From Tubulanus polymorphus (Eukaryota > Animalia > Nemertea), in the NCBI RefSeq assembly GCF_964204645.1, contig NC_134031.1:1302001-1366000 (forward strand): a stretch of DNA of 64,000 nt, written 5' to 3'. A model generated the notes under the pieces. The model did not search any database. It was given only the letters and a program-made list of their open reading frames with translations, and had not been told where the DNA came from. This document shows, piece by piece, positions 12,083 through 24,400 of the stretch. Within the stretch, counting starts at the first letter, position 1, and each line of letters opens with the position of its first letter. Both the position numbers and the translations under genes were made by a program.

Positions 12083-13413
12083 ATTGACTTGGTGATTTGA
12101 TGTTTCAGGGTCGGATCCAAGGGATAGGGTTTTAGGGATCACTGCTCCTTGTTTGAAAATCTTCCGATAGTGGAAACAATGATATTAAAAATAACCACAT
12201 ATCAAATCTTTATCGATTATAGTTTCGGCGCCAGCCGGAAATTACTGTAAGTTACTCACAAAGTTTTATTAATGCATTTTAATTGAAATATGAAAAATAT
12301 ATATCTGGGTAAATACTGCCCCTCTTAACTCAGATTTCTGCATCCGCCCCTAATAGCATCAAGTTTTGGTATTTTGGTAATTTTCATGATGTTTTATCTC
12401 TGAATTGATGTAATAGATTATTCATATCGCTTTCTGAATCTCTGCAGGAGTTCGATTGATTGTTTTATACAGATTATCTTTTATATATGACCAATAAGCT
12501 TTAAAGACAAATTATGTAAAATTGCCTCATTTTGTTTTAACTGATCTCATCGTTATGTATGAATCGTTGTTATAAAGTTCTTCATTGACGTCACACCTAT
12601 TGCGTCATATTGGCCGTTTAACTATGACTTTACTTCAGTTAGGGTCACGTATTCTTGGCGCCAATATGACGAGCTGTGACGTCAATCGTGGGATATACGG
12701 ATCTAGTGTAGTATATTGTGTAGTTGCCAAATGAATGTATTTCATAATCGTGTATAAATAAAATATGTTGACCTATTAAACAAAATCGTTCAATCTAATT
12801 TGTATTTTAAAGAGCAATTGCCTGATTAGTCACAATGTAATTCCGATCTCAATGACCAATCCAGAATCAGGAACTTCAGAATCCTGAAGATGTTTCGGTA
12901 TTTGTTCGGAATCTTGTGGTTTCTGCGCTACCCCTAATTGTTTTTATTCCTAGTTCTGTTTATTTTAGTTCTGACACACATCTGTGAGTTTATACGTTTT
13001 GTCACTTCTCTTTCTGTGGTCGTTCCACCTGACGATGTGTGGTTCGTCAACAGTCGAAGACTTGTACTTTCATTTTGATAAATTTCATCATATATAGAAT
13101 TCTATTGTGAGACTTTAATTCATTCATCCACAGTTTACACGGATAAGAGTTTCTTGTAGAATTTATGTTCTATTAATTCATTTTGATGAATGGAAGTATA
13201 AACGCGTGAAGGAATGAATCGACAGTGGAACTTGGAATTCGTAATAATCTGCAAAATAAAAGCGGATGGTATAGCAAGTAACACAGCTACTGAATTAGAG
13301 CGCAGTCACAAAAGCAGAAGTTGATTTACTTCACTTCGTAAAGCGCGCATTCATTCAGTCCATGATTTGAATTGATTTCGCGCCTTCTGAAAGGAGACTG
13401 ATGCACCTTGGAC

Positions 13414-14352
13414 ATGAATCACTCATCTCGGCATTTTTTTCTTTATTATACCTCAAACCTTGCACAGTTACCTCGCGTTAGCACGGAACAACTGCGTGAT
13501 ATGCAAATTAAAACTTTACCAATCATCGCCTTTTTCGGGATAATCGGAAATGTTTGTAGTTTTCTAGTGATGACAAGTAAGAAATTCCGTGTGTTTTCAT
13601 ACGCTCAATATTTAGCAGCGCTTTCTGTCTTTGATACTTTAACTCTGGTAGGTTACACTTTACCTTTCGTTAATTACGTGTCTCATCCAAACATTTTACT
13701 TCGATGTTACAACTCTGCAACGTGTAGAATATATGAATTTTTTTTCGCAGTTGTGGATACGATAAGTTCATGGTTAGTGATCTTTATCAGCGCAGAGCGT
13801 TTGTCTATTGTCGTTTGGCCATTTGCGGCGAGGAGAATTGCGACACCGTCATTTTCACGTAAAGTTATGTTCGTCCTATTCATATCGATTTCAGCTGTTT
13901 CTATTTACCTACTCGTCCACGTAAATTACGATGAAACAGGAAATTACTGCTACCTCCCCATGTACTGGGGAGTCGTATACTACACAGTCGGGCCAGTGAT
14001 CACTATTTTCATACCCAATGCGCTTATTTTCATACTGAATTTAATTCTAGTGATAACTTTACGAAAATCTCGATCTTTCGGTGACAGCAACAAGAAAGAA
14101 ATATCAAATAGAAAAGCTACAATTGTTGTGATTTCAGTGAGTGTCTGCTTTGTTATACTAACGTTTCCTAATTTGATAGTTGCAGCATTGTACGGTATTT
14201 TTTCCTATGCGGTCAGTTTTTTCGTGTCGACTATATTGACTACTATATATATCGTTAATAAAGCCATCAATTTCTACATTTATCTTTTAACGGGTGATGA
14301 AATTAGGCAGTTTTTCATAAACAAGGCAAAAGCGGCATGCAACAAGCGCTAA
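13414..14352 (+). CDS. Intronless class A GPCR, paralog 5
   Basis: ATG at 13414; AAA>TAA change removes the last 3 residues relative to paralog 6, and the original TGA is still present 9 nt downstream. Confidence 0.9.
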   Translation: MNHSSRHFFLYYTSNLAQLPRVSTEQLRDMQIKTLPIIAFFGIIGNVCSFLVMTSKKFRVFSYAQYLAALSVFDTLTLVGYTLPFVNYVSHPNILLRCYNSATCRIYEFFFAVVDTISSWLVIFISAERLSIVVWPFAARRIATPSFSRKVMFVLFISISAVSIYLLVHVNYDETGNYCYLPMYWGVVYYTVGPVITIFIPNALIFILNLILVITLRKSRSFGDSNKKEISNRKATIVVISVSVCFVILTFPNLIVAALYGIFSYAVSFFVSTILTTIYIVNKAINFYIYLLTGDEIRQFFINKAKAACNKR

Positions 14353-14659
14353 GTGATCTGACGTCAATTCCATTTACAGATGAGTATGCGAGGGGGCAGG
14401 TTATACCACTGAGGCGGAGGCGACCTTCAGATGATCACACTCCAATTCTTTCTTTGGCACGTGAGTTATTACTACGCTGCCGCTTTTACGATAATAAAAA
14501 CGATAGCTGTCACGAAATATTCCCATTGAAAGCGGCTTAAAACTCTTTGAAAACGGAATTCCCTTTTTTCATGATTCAATTTTGATAGAATGAAACGCCT
14601 AAAACGCAAGTTATCGCCAAATCAAGTATGAAAAATCTGTTTTGAAAAGTATTTGTATT

Positions 14660-14750
14660 ACTCGCATGCCACAGTACGAAACACTCGCATGCCACAGTAG
14701 TAAACAATCGCATGCCACAGTCTGAAACACTCGCATGCCACAGTAGGAAA
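14660..14750 (+). repeat. 4 x 23-bp tandem repeat ACTCGCATGCCACAGTAGGAAAC (candidate promoter motif)
   Basis: Period 23 (14660, 14683, 14706, 14729); 3 copies at 17994-18062; single copies at 20972-20999 (rc), 31846-31873, 44199-44215. Confidence 0.8.
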
Positions 14751-14901
14751 GGAGGTTGGTACCAAATAAGAAAACGAATAATTATTACACCTCCACAATT
14801 TCCTCGTTGGAGAAACAATATTCACAATTAATTAGTAAAAAACCAGAAAATAAAAGCATTTGAAAACAGAACAAACGTTATTACAACATACTATTTATAA
14901 T

Positions 14902-16540
14902 ATTAGACGAGAAGATACACAATATCCGTGTATGATGATAACGAGAGAAATCCCACAATAACGAAGACAAGATTGAAAAATTCTATATCAGAATGATTGT
15001 ATTTGAGGAGCGACGTTTCGGCTAACAACTGTTAGCCATCATCAGGCGTACTGAGAACAAAATAAAATAACAGGATATTTATACAAGAATATGACAAATG
15101 ATAAAGATTTAAGGATTAAGATTAAAGTAATTAAATAACAAAAACCGGAACACTAAGGAAGAAAACAAAGAAGGCAAACGACAAACTAAAGGGATGTAGT
15201 GCGAGATTAAAGTGATCTAAAAACAAAGTCCAGAGGGTTCAAAGGCAGACAAACTAAGGGGTAATCAGATAAAAACAAAAGGCAAGGACATCACAGGGAT
15301 AATCAAGGAATGAGTGAGGGAGTGAGTGAGTGAGTGAGTGAGTGGGTGAGTGGAAGTGTCAAACGGAGGAAAACAAGCTAACGGGATTAGAATAATGGGG
15401 GTACAAGTGAAGCGAGAAATTTAGAGATCAAAATATTGTGAAGAGAAAAACCGTTACTCAAATTAACACATTTATCCATATTTTCAATAATAAGGGCAGA
15501 TTCCATAATGTGACGTTTGGTTTTATCGGGACTGGGAAAGATTATAGCGGCATTATCAAAATCAAAATTGTGACTGGTTTCATAAACGTGATTCGCTACT
15601 CCACTCTCGGGTTTGAAATTTTTGACGTCATTTTTATGTTCTCTGAGGCGCTTGTTCAAATCACGCCCAGTTTCACCAATATATATTTTATTACATACTT
15701 TACGAGGTATTTTGTATACACCAATGTTCAAAGCTTCCGTTTTGCAGGAATTGTTAGTTAAGATATGACTTAGTTTATTATTGTAAGTGAAAACGAGCTG
15801 TTTGTTAAGGAGATGAAGGGGGTTTTTGATTTTTCCAAAAAAGGAACAAAAGGTACGACGATGGGCTGTTTCTGAGGGCGCAAACTCGAGAATTACAAAA
15901 ATGGGTGCGATGGGCTCGAAAAAGAGCTTTATTCAAAAGGTCGTTAGGATAAGCTAACTTATTAAGGGAATTCCTGATCTGGGTGAGTTCATCATCGAGA
16001 AAAAGGGGGTCGCAAATCCTAAAAGCACGAAGAAATAATCCCTGAGCAATACCGAGTTTTATGCTATAAGTGGTAAAGGAAAAATAATGCAAGTAGGATC
16101 CAGAACGAGTGGGTTTCCTATAAACTGAGAATTTCAAACACGACAAATAATTATCAATGCACACATCTAAAAATGGGATTTTTCCATCAACTTCCAATTC
16201 AAATGTGAAGTTCAACGAAGGGTAAAAAGAGTTAATGAATGAGAGAAATAAATCAATATCAAAATCGCAAGGAATAAACGCAAGAACGTCATCAACAAAT
16301 CGTAACCAAAGCTTGGGGGGAGTGCTAGTATAGAGGAGGTAATAATTCAGTTTCAACATGTTCGAGAAATGAATTTGCTAAAATTGGGCTAAGGGGGTTC
16401 CCCATGGACATGCCAAAGACCTGTTCATAATATGAATTATTAGAACTGAAGAAGGAGTTCTGAGTGCAAATTTCAATTAATTCAATGATACAATCAATAG
16501 GAATATCAAAATTGAAGTCTAACGAAGAAAAGAATCTAGA
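14902..16540 (-). mobile_element. 5'-truncated, frameshifted Penelope-like retroelement (RT + GIY-YIG endonuclease + pLTR)
   Basis: Minus-strand ORF pieces: EQVFGMSMGNPLSPILAN and WLRFVDD (RT), IPFLDV, VYRKPT, then GVYKIPxxxCNKIYIGETGR...RLREH (GIY-YIG). Split over three frames; 3' pLTR carries a hammerhead motif. Confidence 0.9.
15010..15047 (-). ncRNA. Minimal type I hammerhead ribozyme motif in the Penelope pLTR
   Basis: Minus strand GC-CUGAUGA-U-GGCUAAC-AGUU-GUUAGCC-GAAA-CG-UC-GC: full core, 7-bp stem II, only a 2-bp stem I visible. Confidence 0.75.
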
Positions 16541-16744
16541 GTAGAATTTGGAATTCAATTTTCGAAATCGTATAGAAAGTCACGGCTACTAATCTAAAGT
16601 ATTAGAGCGCATTCACAAACGAAGAAGTTGATTTACTTCGCCTCGTAGAGCACATTACAATATTCATCAGCTCATCAAGTTGTATCTCACATAATAGCAT
16701 TTGATTTGATATCGCGCCCTGGAAGAGAGAGATGCAACTCGGAC

Positions 16745-17695
16745 ATGAATCATTCATCTCTGCCGATTTTCCTTTATTATACCGCAAGTCTTGCCCAATC
16801 GGCGCCTCGTTACGGAACGAAACAATTGCGTGATATACAAACTATAACTTTACCGATCATCGCCTTTTTCGGAATAATCGGAAATGTTTGTAGTTTTCTA
16901 GTGATGACAAGTAAGAAATTCCGTGTGTTTTCATACGCTCAATATTTAGCAGCGCTTTCTGTCTTTGATACTTTAACTCTGGTAGGTTACACTTTACCTT
17001 CCGTGAATTACGTGTCTCATCCAAACATTTTACTTCAATTCAACAACTCTGCAACGTGTAGAATGTATGAATATTTTTTCGCAGTTGTGGATACGATAAG
17101 TGCGTGGTTAGTGATCGTTATCAGCGCAGAGCGTTTGTCTATCGTCGTTTGGCCATTTGCGGCGAGGAGAATTGCGACACCATCATTTTCACGTAAAGTT
17201 ATGTTCGTCCTATTCATATTGATTTCAGCTGTTTTCATTTTTCTACTCGTTCACGCTGGTCACGAAAAAATCAGAAATCTGTGCTATATCCCCAGATATT
17301 GGGGAGCCGTATACTACACAGTCGGGCCTATCGTCACTATTTTCATACCGAATTTACTTATCTTCATACTGAATTTAGTTCTAGTGATAACTTTGCGAAA
17401 ATCTCGATCTTTCGGTGACAGCAACAAAAAAGAAATATCAAATAGAAAAGCTACAATTGTTGTGATTTCAGTGTGTGTCTGTTATATTATTTTAACGTTT
17501 CCTAATATGGCAGTTATAACTTTGTACGTTGTTTTTGCATATGAGTCTGGTTTTTTCGTGTCGACTATGATGACTACTATGTATATCGTGAACAAAGCCA
17601 TCAATTTCTACATTTATCTTTTAACGGGTGATGAAATTAGGCAGTTTTTCATAAATAAGGCAAAAGCAGCATGCAACAAGCGCAAAGTGATCTGA
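16745..17695 (+). CDS. Intronless class A GPCR, paralog 6
   Basis: ATG at 16745 in the same GGACATG context as paralogs 1, 4 and 5; same motifs. Confidence 0.92.
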   Translation: MNHSSLPIFLYYTASLAQSAPRYGTKQLRDIQTITLPIIAFFGIIGNVCSFLVMTSKKFRVFSYAQYLAALSVFDTLTLVGYTLPSVNYVSHPNILLQFNNSATCRMYEYFFAVVDTISAWLVIVISAERLSIVVWPFAARRIATPSFSRKVMFVLFILISAVFIFLLVHAGHEKIRNLCYIPRYWGAVYYTVGPIVTIFIPNLLIFILNLVLVITLRKSRSFGDSNKKEISNRKATIVVISVCVCYIILTFPNMAVITLYVVFAYESGFFVSTMMTTMYIVNKAINFYIYLLTGDEIRQFFINKAKAACNKRKVI

Positions 17696-18446
17696 CGTCA
17701 ATTCCATTTACAGATGAGCATGCGAGGCGGCAGGTTATACCACTGAGGCGGAGGCGACCTTCAGATGATCACACTCCAATTCTTTCTTAGGCATGTGAGT
17801 TATCACTACGCCACCGCTTTACCGATACTAAAAACAAACGCTGTCACGAAATATTCCCATTGAAAGCGGCCTAAAACTCTTTAACAAGCGAAATTCTCTT
17901 TTTTCATGATTCAATTTTGATAGAATGAAACGTTTAAACGCAAGATATCGCCAAATCAAGTATGAAAAATCTGTTTTGAAAAATATTTGTATTACTCGCA
18001 TGCCACAGTAGGAAACACTCGCATGCCGCAGTAGGAAACACTCGCATGCCACAGTAGGAAACACTCCAACCATTTCCTCGTTGGAGAAACAGTATTTACA
18101 ATTAATTAGAGAAAAACCAGAAAATAAAAGCATTTGAAACACAACAAACGTTACTTACAACATACTATTTATAATATATACTACCGGGAGGGATTTACAT
18201 TTAGACCTTTTGATAAAGATTTATCCAGTTTTTTGAAATTGAATTTTTTGTTACATCAAGGACAATAAGAGATTAAGATTTAAGTAATTTTCATGGAATT
18301 CAATTAGTAAGTTACAATCAAAATAAAATGCAGTTCGTTGCCTAAATGTTGCAGGTGGGGCATCTCGGTTCTTCGTAGGTTTGACACTAGATCCAATCCT
18401 GTGAATTGGATCAAACTGTTCACCGAGTCATCCAAGCTGATTGATA

Positions 18447-18608
18447 TACAGCGGAACATCGTTATTACGAATTCGGATACTGCGATTTATCGGATATAAC
18501 GAAGATAGAAATTCGTCCAGAGTAACACAATTTTTAACTAATTTCATACTGGATACAAGTATATATTTACTGGTCCCGTGAAATTCGCTGTTATGAGGTT
18601 CCACTGTA
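18447..18608. mobile_element. Tc1/mariner-type MITE (TA flanks)
   Basis: TA-CAGCGGAAC...GTTCCACTG-TA with imperfect TIRs. Confidence 0.6.
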
Positions 18609-18919
18609 GTTTCCAAATCTAACATCCTTCATATAATGCCTTAAATTGACGCGCACCCGCGGGAACTTTACTCTCACGTATGACTGCCCCTAATAGTGGA
18701 GAATTGTATGAACTAACATAGAAGATAAACTATCTTTCCTTGAACTAGTGTTATCTATAACTTACAGCTGCGATGAGAAGATTCAGATTACTTGAAACAA
18801 GTACATGAACTACACAAGTAGATTTTTATTACTAATGCTAAGAACAAAGTGGAAAAAAATTGAACTTAAAACATTGAATATAAATGCATTTAATTTTTAG
18901 TATAAAATACAAAGAATGT

Positions 18920-20828
18920 TCATTTCTTTCTTTTTCGTTTAATCTTCGTTGATTCGTTCGTTTTACGTTTTTCTGTAGTAGAAGATTTTTTCAATTCCTG
19001 AAATCGTCTCAATTCGGCGCTGAATAGAACCTGAAATATGAAAAATAGAAATAACTTAATCGATTAGATATTCAATGAATTATTTCGAATTTGAAATCTG
19101 TCGGGTAGGATTTACTTACAGATTGTGCCCATCCAGCATATTCACCCCACAATTTACGAAAAAATTCACCTGAATCAATATAGAAATGAAAATATAGATG
19201 CTGTGAACATGTTGGTTTCAGGGGCCCAGAAACAGAAACAATTCATCAACTTTACCGATATCTTTATAAATTGTTTGAGTCAAAGATTTGGCAGTTTGAA
19301 GTGATTTGATGCGATAGTCTCTACATGCGATCTTCCATACGTGAGTATCAACAGGGATAGCGCCGGGTTTATCTAATGACATTAGACACACGCAATCAGC
19401 AACCTGAATAATAGCATCAAAATATGACGAGAATATTTACAGCGAAAGATACAGTTTTTAGAAAATGTTTTAAAACTGATTTAAATACTTATTTCATGAA
19501 TACCTCAGAAAACTCTGAGGTATTCGAAGCGACAATGGGATGAATTCTGGAGCAGTTGAAGCGATTTATGTGTTGAAATATCATGAATTGGATTAAGGAA
19601 ACTTTTACCATTTGGTCATCCGAGGCAAATGATTACCAGAGGCAATATTGATGGACACTGCAGGTGCAGATCCAGAGGGGGTTTCAGGGATCGTGACCCT
19701 CCTGCTCAGCTACCAAAAAAAAATTTTTTTAATCATTTTCTTGAAGGAATATACTCAAGACAAAGCGTGCGGACAGTATCACATAATCGGTACCATATCA
19801 TCTTATGTTTGGCCAAACAATATGCCGTATTGAGAAAAGAAAGAATCCTGGATCCGCACCCGGACTGCTACTACAGACTCGTGGTAATCAGTTCAGACTA
19901 TGTGATGATTTATCCGTTCATTCTACCACACGTACCTTTGCTCCGACGCCACAAAGTTCAGTAAGTCGACTATGAGCGTCTTCATACGACGCGTCGCGCA
20001 ACGCAAACAGCCATTTCTCCGCGCCGCCGTTTTTCACGATAAATCTAGCGCTTTCGCCGATATACTTCGCGCGATAACCGAAACCTAGACGTCTGAGATC
20101 GTCCTCGACTCGGTCGCCGGCGAGTTTATCGACGCGCGGGAAATTGTAATAATCAACTCCGTCGACGACGGCGACGAATTCACCGTAATTCACGCACAGT
20201 TTATCGACCATCGAACCGATACGATTTATATGATTATTACTCGAACAGATAAAACTGAACAGGTTCTCGATCGGATCTTGACGTAGAATTCGTACTCCGG
20301 GAAAATGTTCGGACTTCGCGCGGAAATTAGGGTCATCGGTGACCCATTGATTGTATATTTTAACGAGGTCGACGTCGAGTTGGAAATAATCTCGTAATAT
20401 TTGTTGGTTTTCGGATTCGGTCCGTAACGGTTCGCTATCATCGTCGTGAATGATATACTCGATAGAATTCTCCGTTTGTCTCAACGTCCAAACTTTATCT
20501 CGTAAAACACTTCTCCATTCACCTTTCTGAACTTCTTTCCATCTGAAATTTAATTAATTGAAAAATCTATCAATCAGCAAACGAGAATGACAACATTCTA
20601 AATTAGGTAGGCCGGTGCTTGGTTTTTGGTCAACATTGATGTGTGTGGACATATATTATCTGATTATTGAACATTCATTCAATCATTATTGAAAATGGAC
20701 TTATTTATAATGAATTGTCAAACTTCAATTTCTAAATTGATCTTTTACCTGAATGACTGACCACAAACTAAAGTAATATCTAATCGTAATTGCTGTAAAC
20801 TACACGGCAAAGACAGCCAGTTTTTCAT
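18920..20828 (-). CDS. OGG1: 8-oxoguanine DNA glycosylase/AP lyase (5 exons: 20828-20749, 20542-19936, 19403-19256, 19169-19120, 19030-18920)
   Basis: LRLDITLVCGQSFRW, GVRILRQDPIENLFSFICSSNNHI, LGFGYRAKYI, HhH GVGAKVADC, PVDTHVW, WGEYAGWAQSVLF; C-terminal basic KIKRKRKK; all junctions GT-AG and in frame. Confidence 0.95.
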
Positions 20829-21461
20829 ATTCGTGTCCTTTACTTTACTCATCTACAGAATCGTTCCAGGGACAACCGGTAATTGTGGAAAGCTCTCTAA
20901 GTTTTTAGTTAGTTCAAGTATTCGCCGTCAATGGTTTTTCTAGGGGCAGCACCTGACATCTGACACTGACGAGTATTCCTACCTGCGGCATGCGAGTAAA
21001 CCTCAAGGTCGTCGAGTAAGCCGCCGTGACAGCTGTCATCTGATACTGCCAACTGGTACAGCATTGTACTACTGTCTATTCCATAGATACAGAAACTATT
21101 GACGTGTAAGTAGTTTATTTAAATCTATTGATGATTTCTATAGTTGAAACCATGATTATTACGAGCTGTCAGTGAGAAAACCACAGCACAGGGTCTTGTA
21201 AACTGGTTTGGATTTTATTTCCGGGTTGTTCTTGCGAGCTGGCGCTAAATTCGAACTGCAAATAAATTCTAAATATCACAGAAATACCTCGCTTGTATTA
21301 ATGTTGTAAATTTATCTGCTATAAAGTTCTGATAAACAGTTTGCTGTTGGCAGTTAACAGTTGCAAGCTCCCTGATCCCACAGTAGGCCTACTAGACAGA
21401 CTGCTAGACAGGCCTAAATAGGATATGAATATAGTAAATGTCTTCAGTTTTTCTGTGCAGG

Positions 21462-24400
21462 ATGTTGAAATTTACCAAAAAGATTCTCACAAACGAAACA
21501 TTATTATGGATGAGGTCTAGTCATCGTCATTTGAGTTCTGCTGTCGGTGCTGGTACAGGTAAGGTTCAATCTTAATCAACGTATCATTCCAAAAATTTCA
21601 TTTAAAACAGAATCCATTTAAAGGTTTTATTGCAGTTCATCACCATCCGAGACATTTAGAAGTAGAATACGATGGCGAGCCGTTGAAACTATCGTATCTA
21701 TGGCTACGTGATCATTGTCGCTGCGAGGCTTGCTACAATCATAAAACATTCCAGCGTAAAATCATGTATTACGACATCGATCCATCCGTGAAACCAACAG
21801 TCGCTGATATCAATAATGAGAAACTGACTCTAAAATGTGAGTTTGTTTTTCAATGCTCCAGTAGATTCCGCTTGCAGAATGCGACCATTAAATTCTCAAT
21901 ATCGATTTTGGGGTAAACTAAGTCCAGGCTTAGACGAGAAGATACACAATATCCGTGTATGATGATGACGAGAGAAATCCCACAATAACGAAGCCAAGAT
22001 TGAAAAATTCGATATCAGAATGATTATATTTGAGGAGCGATGTTTCGGCTAACAACTGGCATCAGTACGCCTGATGACGGCTAACAATTGTTAGTACAGT
22101 ATGCCTGATGTTGGCTAACAGTTGTCGCTCCTCAAATATAATCATTCTGAGTAGAATTTTTCAATCTTGGCTTCGTTATTGTGGGATTTCTCTCGTAAGT
22201 CCAGGGTCCCCATAGTCTGAGGTAATCAACTCAGGGTAAACGCAGTCTACTGTATAAACATTAAAGTGCTAAGAATGACGAGCCATTTATAACATTATCA
22301 TAGTTAAAGGCCATTCATTAAGTTCATACTCATCCATGGTCGTGGAGAAAGGAACATCTAAAATTGGTCACTTCTCGTTTTTTTTCGCAGGGCCTGACAG
22401 CCACGAAACCAACTATTCGTTGTCCTGGTTAAGGGATAATTGCGGTGTAAATCTCGGTCAAGCGAGTGAAGGTCGCGTGGAGAAGTATCTGTGGAACACG
22501 GCGAGGATCAATGAACAGCCGGCGGAACGAGTGAAACTGTCCGATTTTCTAAACGATGACGAATCCTTGAAATTGTTCCTGACAAATTTGCTGAAATACG
22601 GACACGCTTTCATTGATGAGGTATTTTAATCTTGTTTATTCCTTTTATAGCGAAATGAAATTTATCCTCAGGGATCATTCATTTATTACGTACGCATTAG
22701 GGGAGGGGCTCTGTGCAATTGCGTACTGTAATGCTTAATGTATATGAAAAAATGGCTGATTTTGCGTACAGGGGGAGGTAGAGAAAGTCAAATTGCATGC
22801 GTACGTAATAAATGAATGATCCCTCACTGGCATAGAGTTACAGAAATGAAATACCATTTTCATTGGCGTAGAGATAAGAAGTGTCCAATTCAAACATTAT
22901 TCATTCACTTGCTGTCAGTTGAGAAGTATAACACTGATTAACTTAGAACTAATGTACATTCAGTTAAGTTCTGTAATTCATTAATAGGTGAAGCCGGATA
23001 TTGAATCGACGCAGATTGCCTCCGAGCGTATTTGTTCGGTGATGGAAACGACGTTCGGGAAAATGTGGAGTTTCACGGCAGACGGAAAACGAGCGGATAC
23101 AGCTTATACGAATCACGCGATCGGAGCTCATACAGACTCCACATACTATCAACATACAACCGGGTAAAATCAATCAGTGATACTAGAGAGAGAGAGAGAG
23201 AGGGAGAGAGGGAGAGAGAGGATAGAATGATTGATCCATGTTTTGTAAAATGCAAAACATGGATCAATCACCGGGTACATGTGGAGAGAGAGGGAGAGAG
23301 AGAGAGAGAGGGAGAGAGAGAATAGAATGATTGATCCATGTTTTGTAAAATGCAAAACATGGATCAATCACCGGGTACATGTGGAGAGAGAGAGAGAGGG
23401 AGAGAGAGAGAGAGAATAGAATGATTGATCCATGTTTTGTAAAATACAAGACTATGAGAATAGTTTTAGTTGTCATAAAAGGAAATGCAGTCAAGGTCAG
23501 GTTTTGACGTCTTATGAAAATGGCTCATAGCATTTGAGTTGAAACATCAAAATCCTCTTTACAGTTTTCCTTTGATTGTGGGTTTTATTCTTCAAATCGT
23601 CTCTATTTGATGAAATTCAGGGAGTTTGACAAATCCGGAAATTACTGGGTCAGTTCGGTACAGTTGGGTAAATAGTATGAGTATGTTGGGGGCATTACAA
23701 ATTCTTTCTCGAAGTTATTCTAGACTTTACTGTAGGCCTAAGATAATGAAGACAATATAATGATCGATACAAGTTGGGTTAAGTGGAAAATTTTGTTAAT
23801 CTTTGACCCCTATGAAAAATTTGCTTATCTATAATCATCTACATTTATCGATCTAGCTAACATTGTTTACGCTAGAATTCCTGTTAATGTTCCAAAACCA
23901 GACTGTTTTATCAGTTCGCCTCAATTTTTGTTACGTACTGATAAGATAGAACCCAAGATTACGACATAAAAAACTTTAGATAAGATTAAAATTTGAACTC
24001 AATTCTATGAGCCATTTTCAAAACTCGTCAAAATTTTGAAAATGATGGTTCATAGAATTGAATAAAATTTCAATACTCTCTTTAATAGTTTCACTTCTGA
24101 ATTGTGGGTTTTTTTCTGATCAATATATAATGGAAATCTTTCTTCAATTGAATCGGAGGGTAAATTTACAACTGAAAACGAACTATATTTTCAGAATTCA
24201 AGTATTTCATTGTTTATACCACGACGGGGACGGTGGTGAGAGTTTACTCGTCGACGGTCATTACTGCGCCGAGGAACTGCGTAAAACAAACCCTGATGCG
24301 TTTAATCTGTTAGCGAACACACCCGTACATCACGAATATATCGATGAAGGCAGTCGTGATCATATCTTCAGTTTAGCACCGATTCTGGATCTTCATCCGT

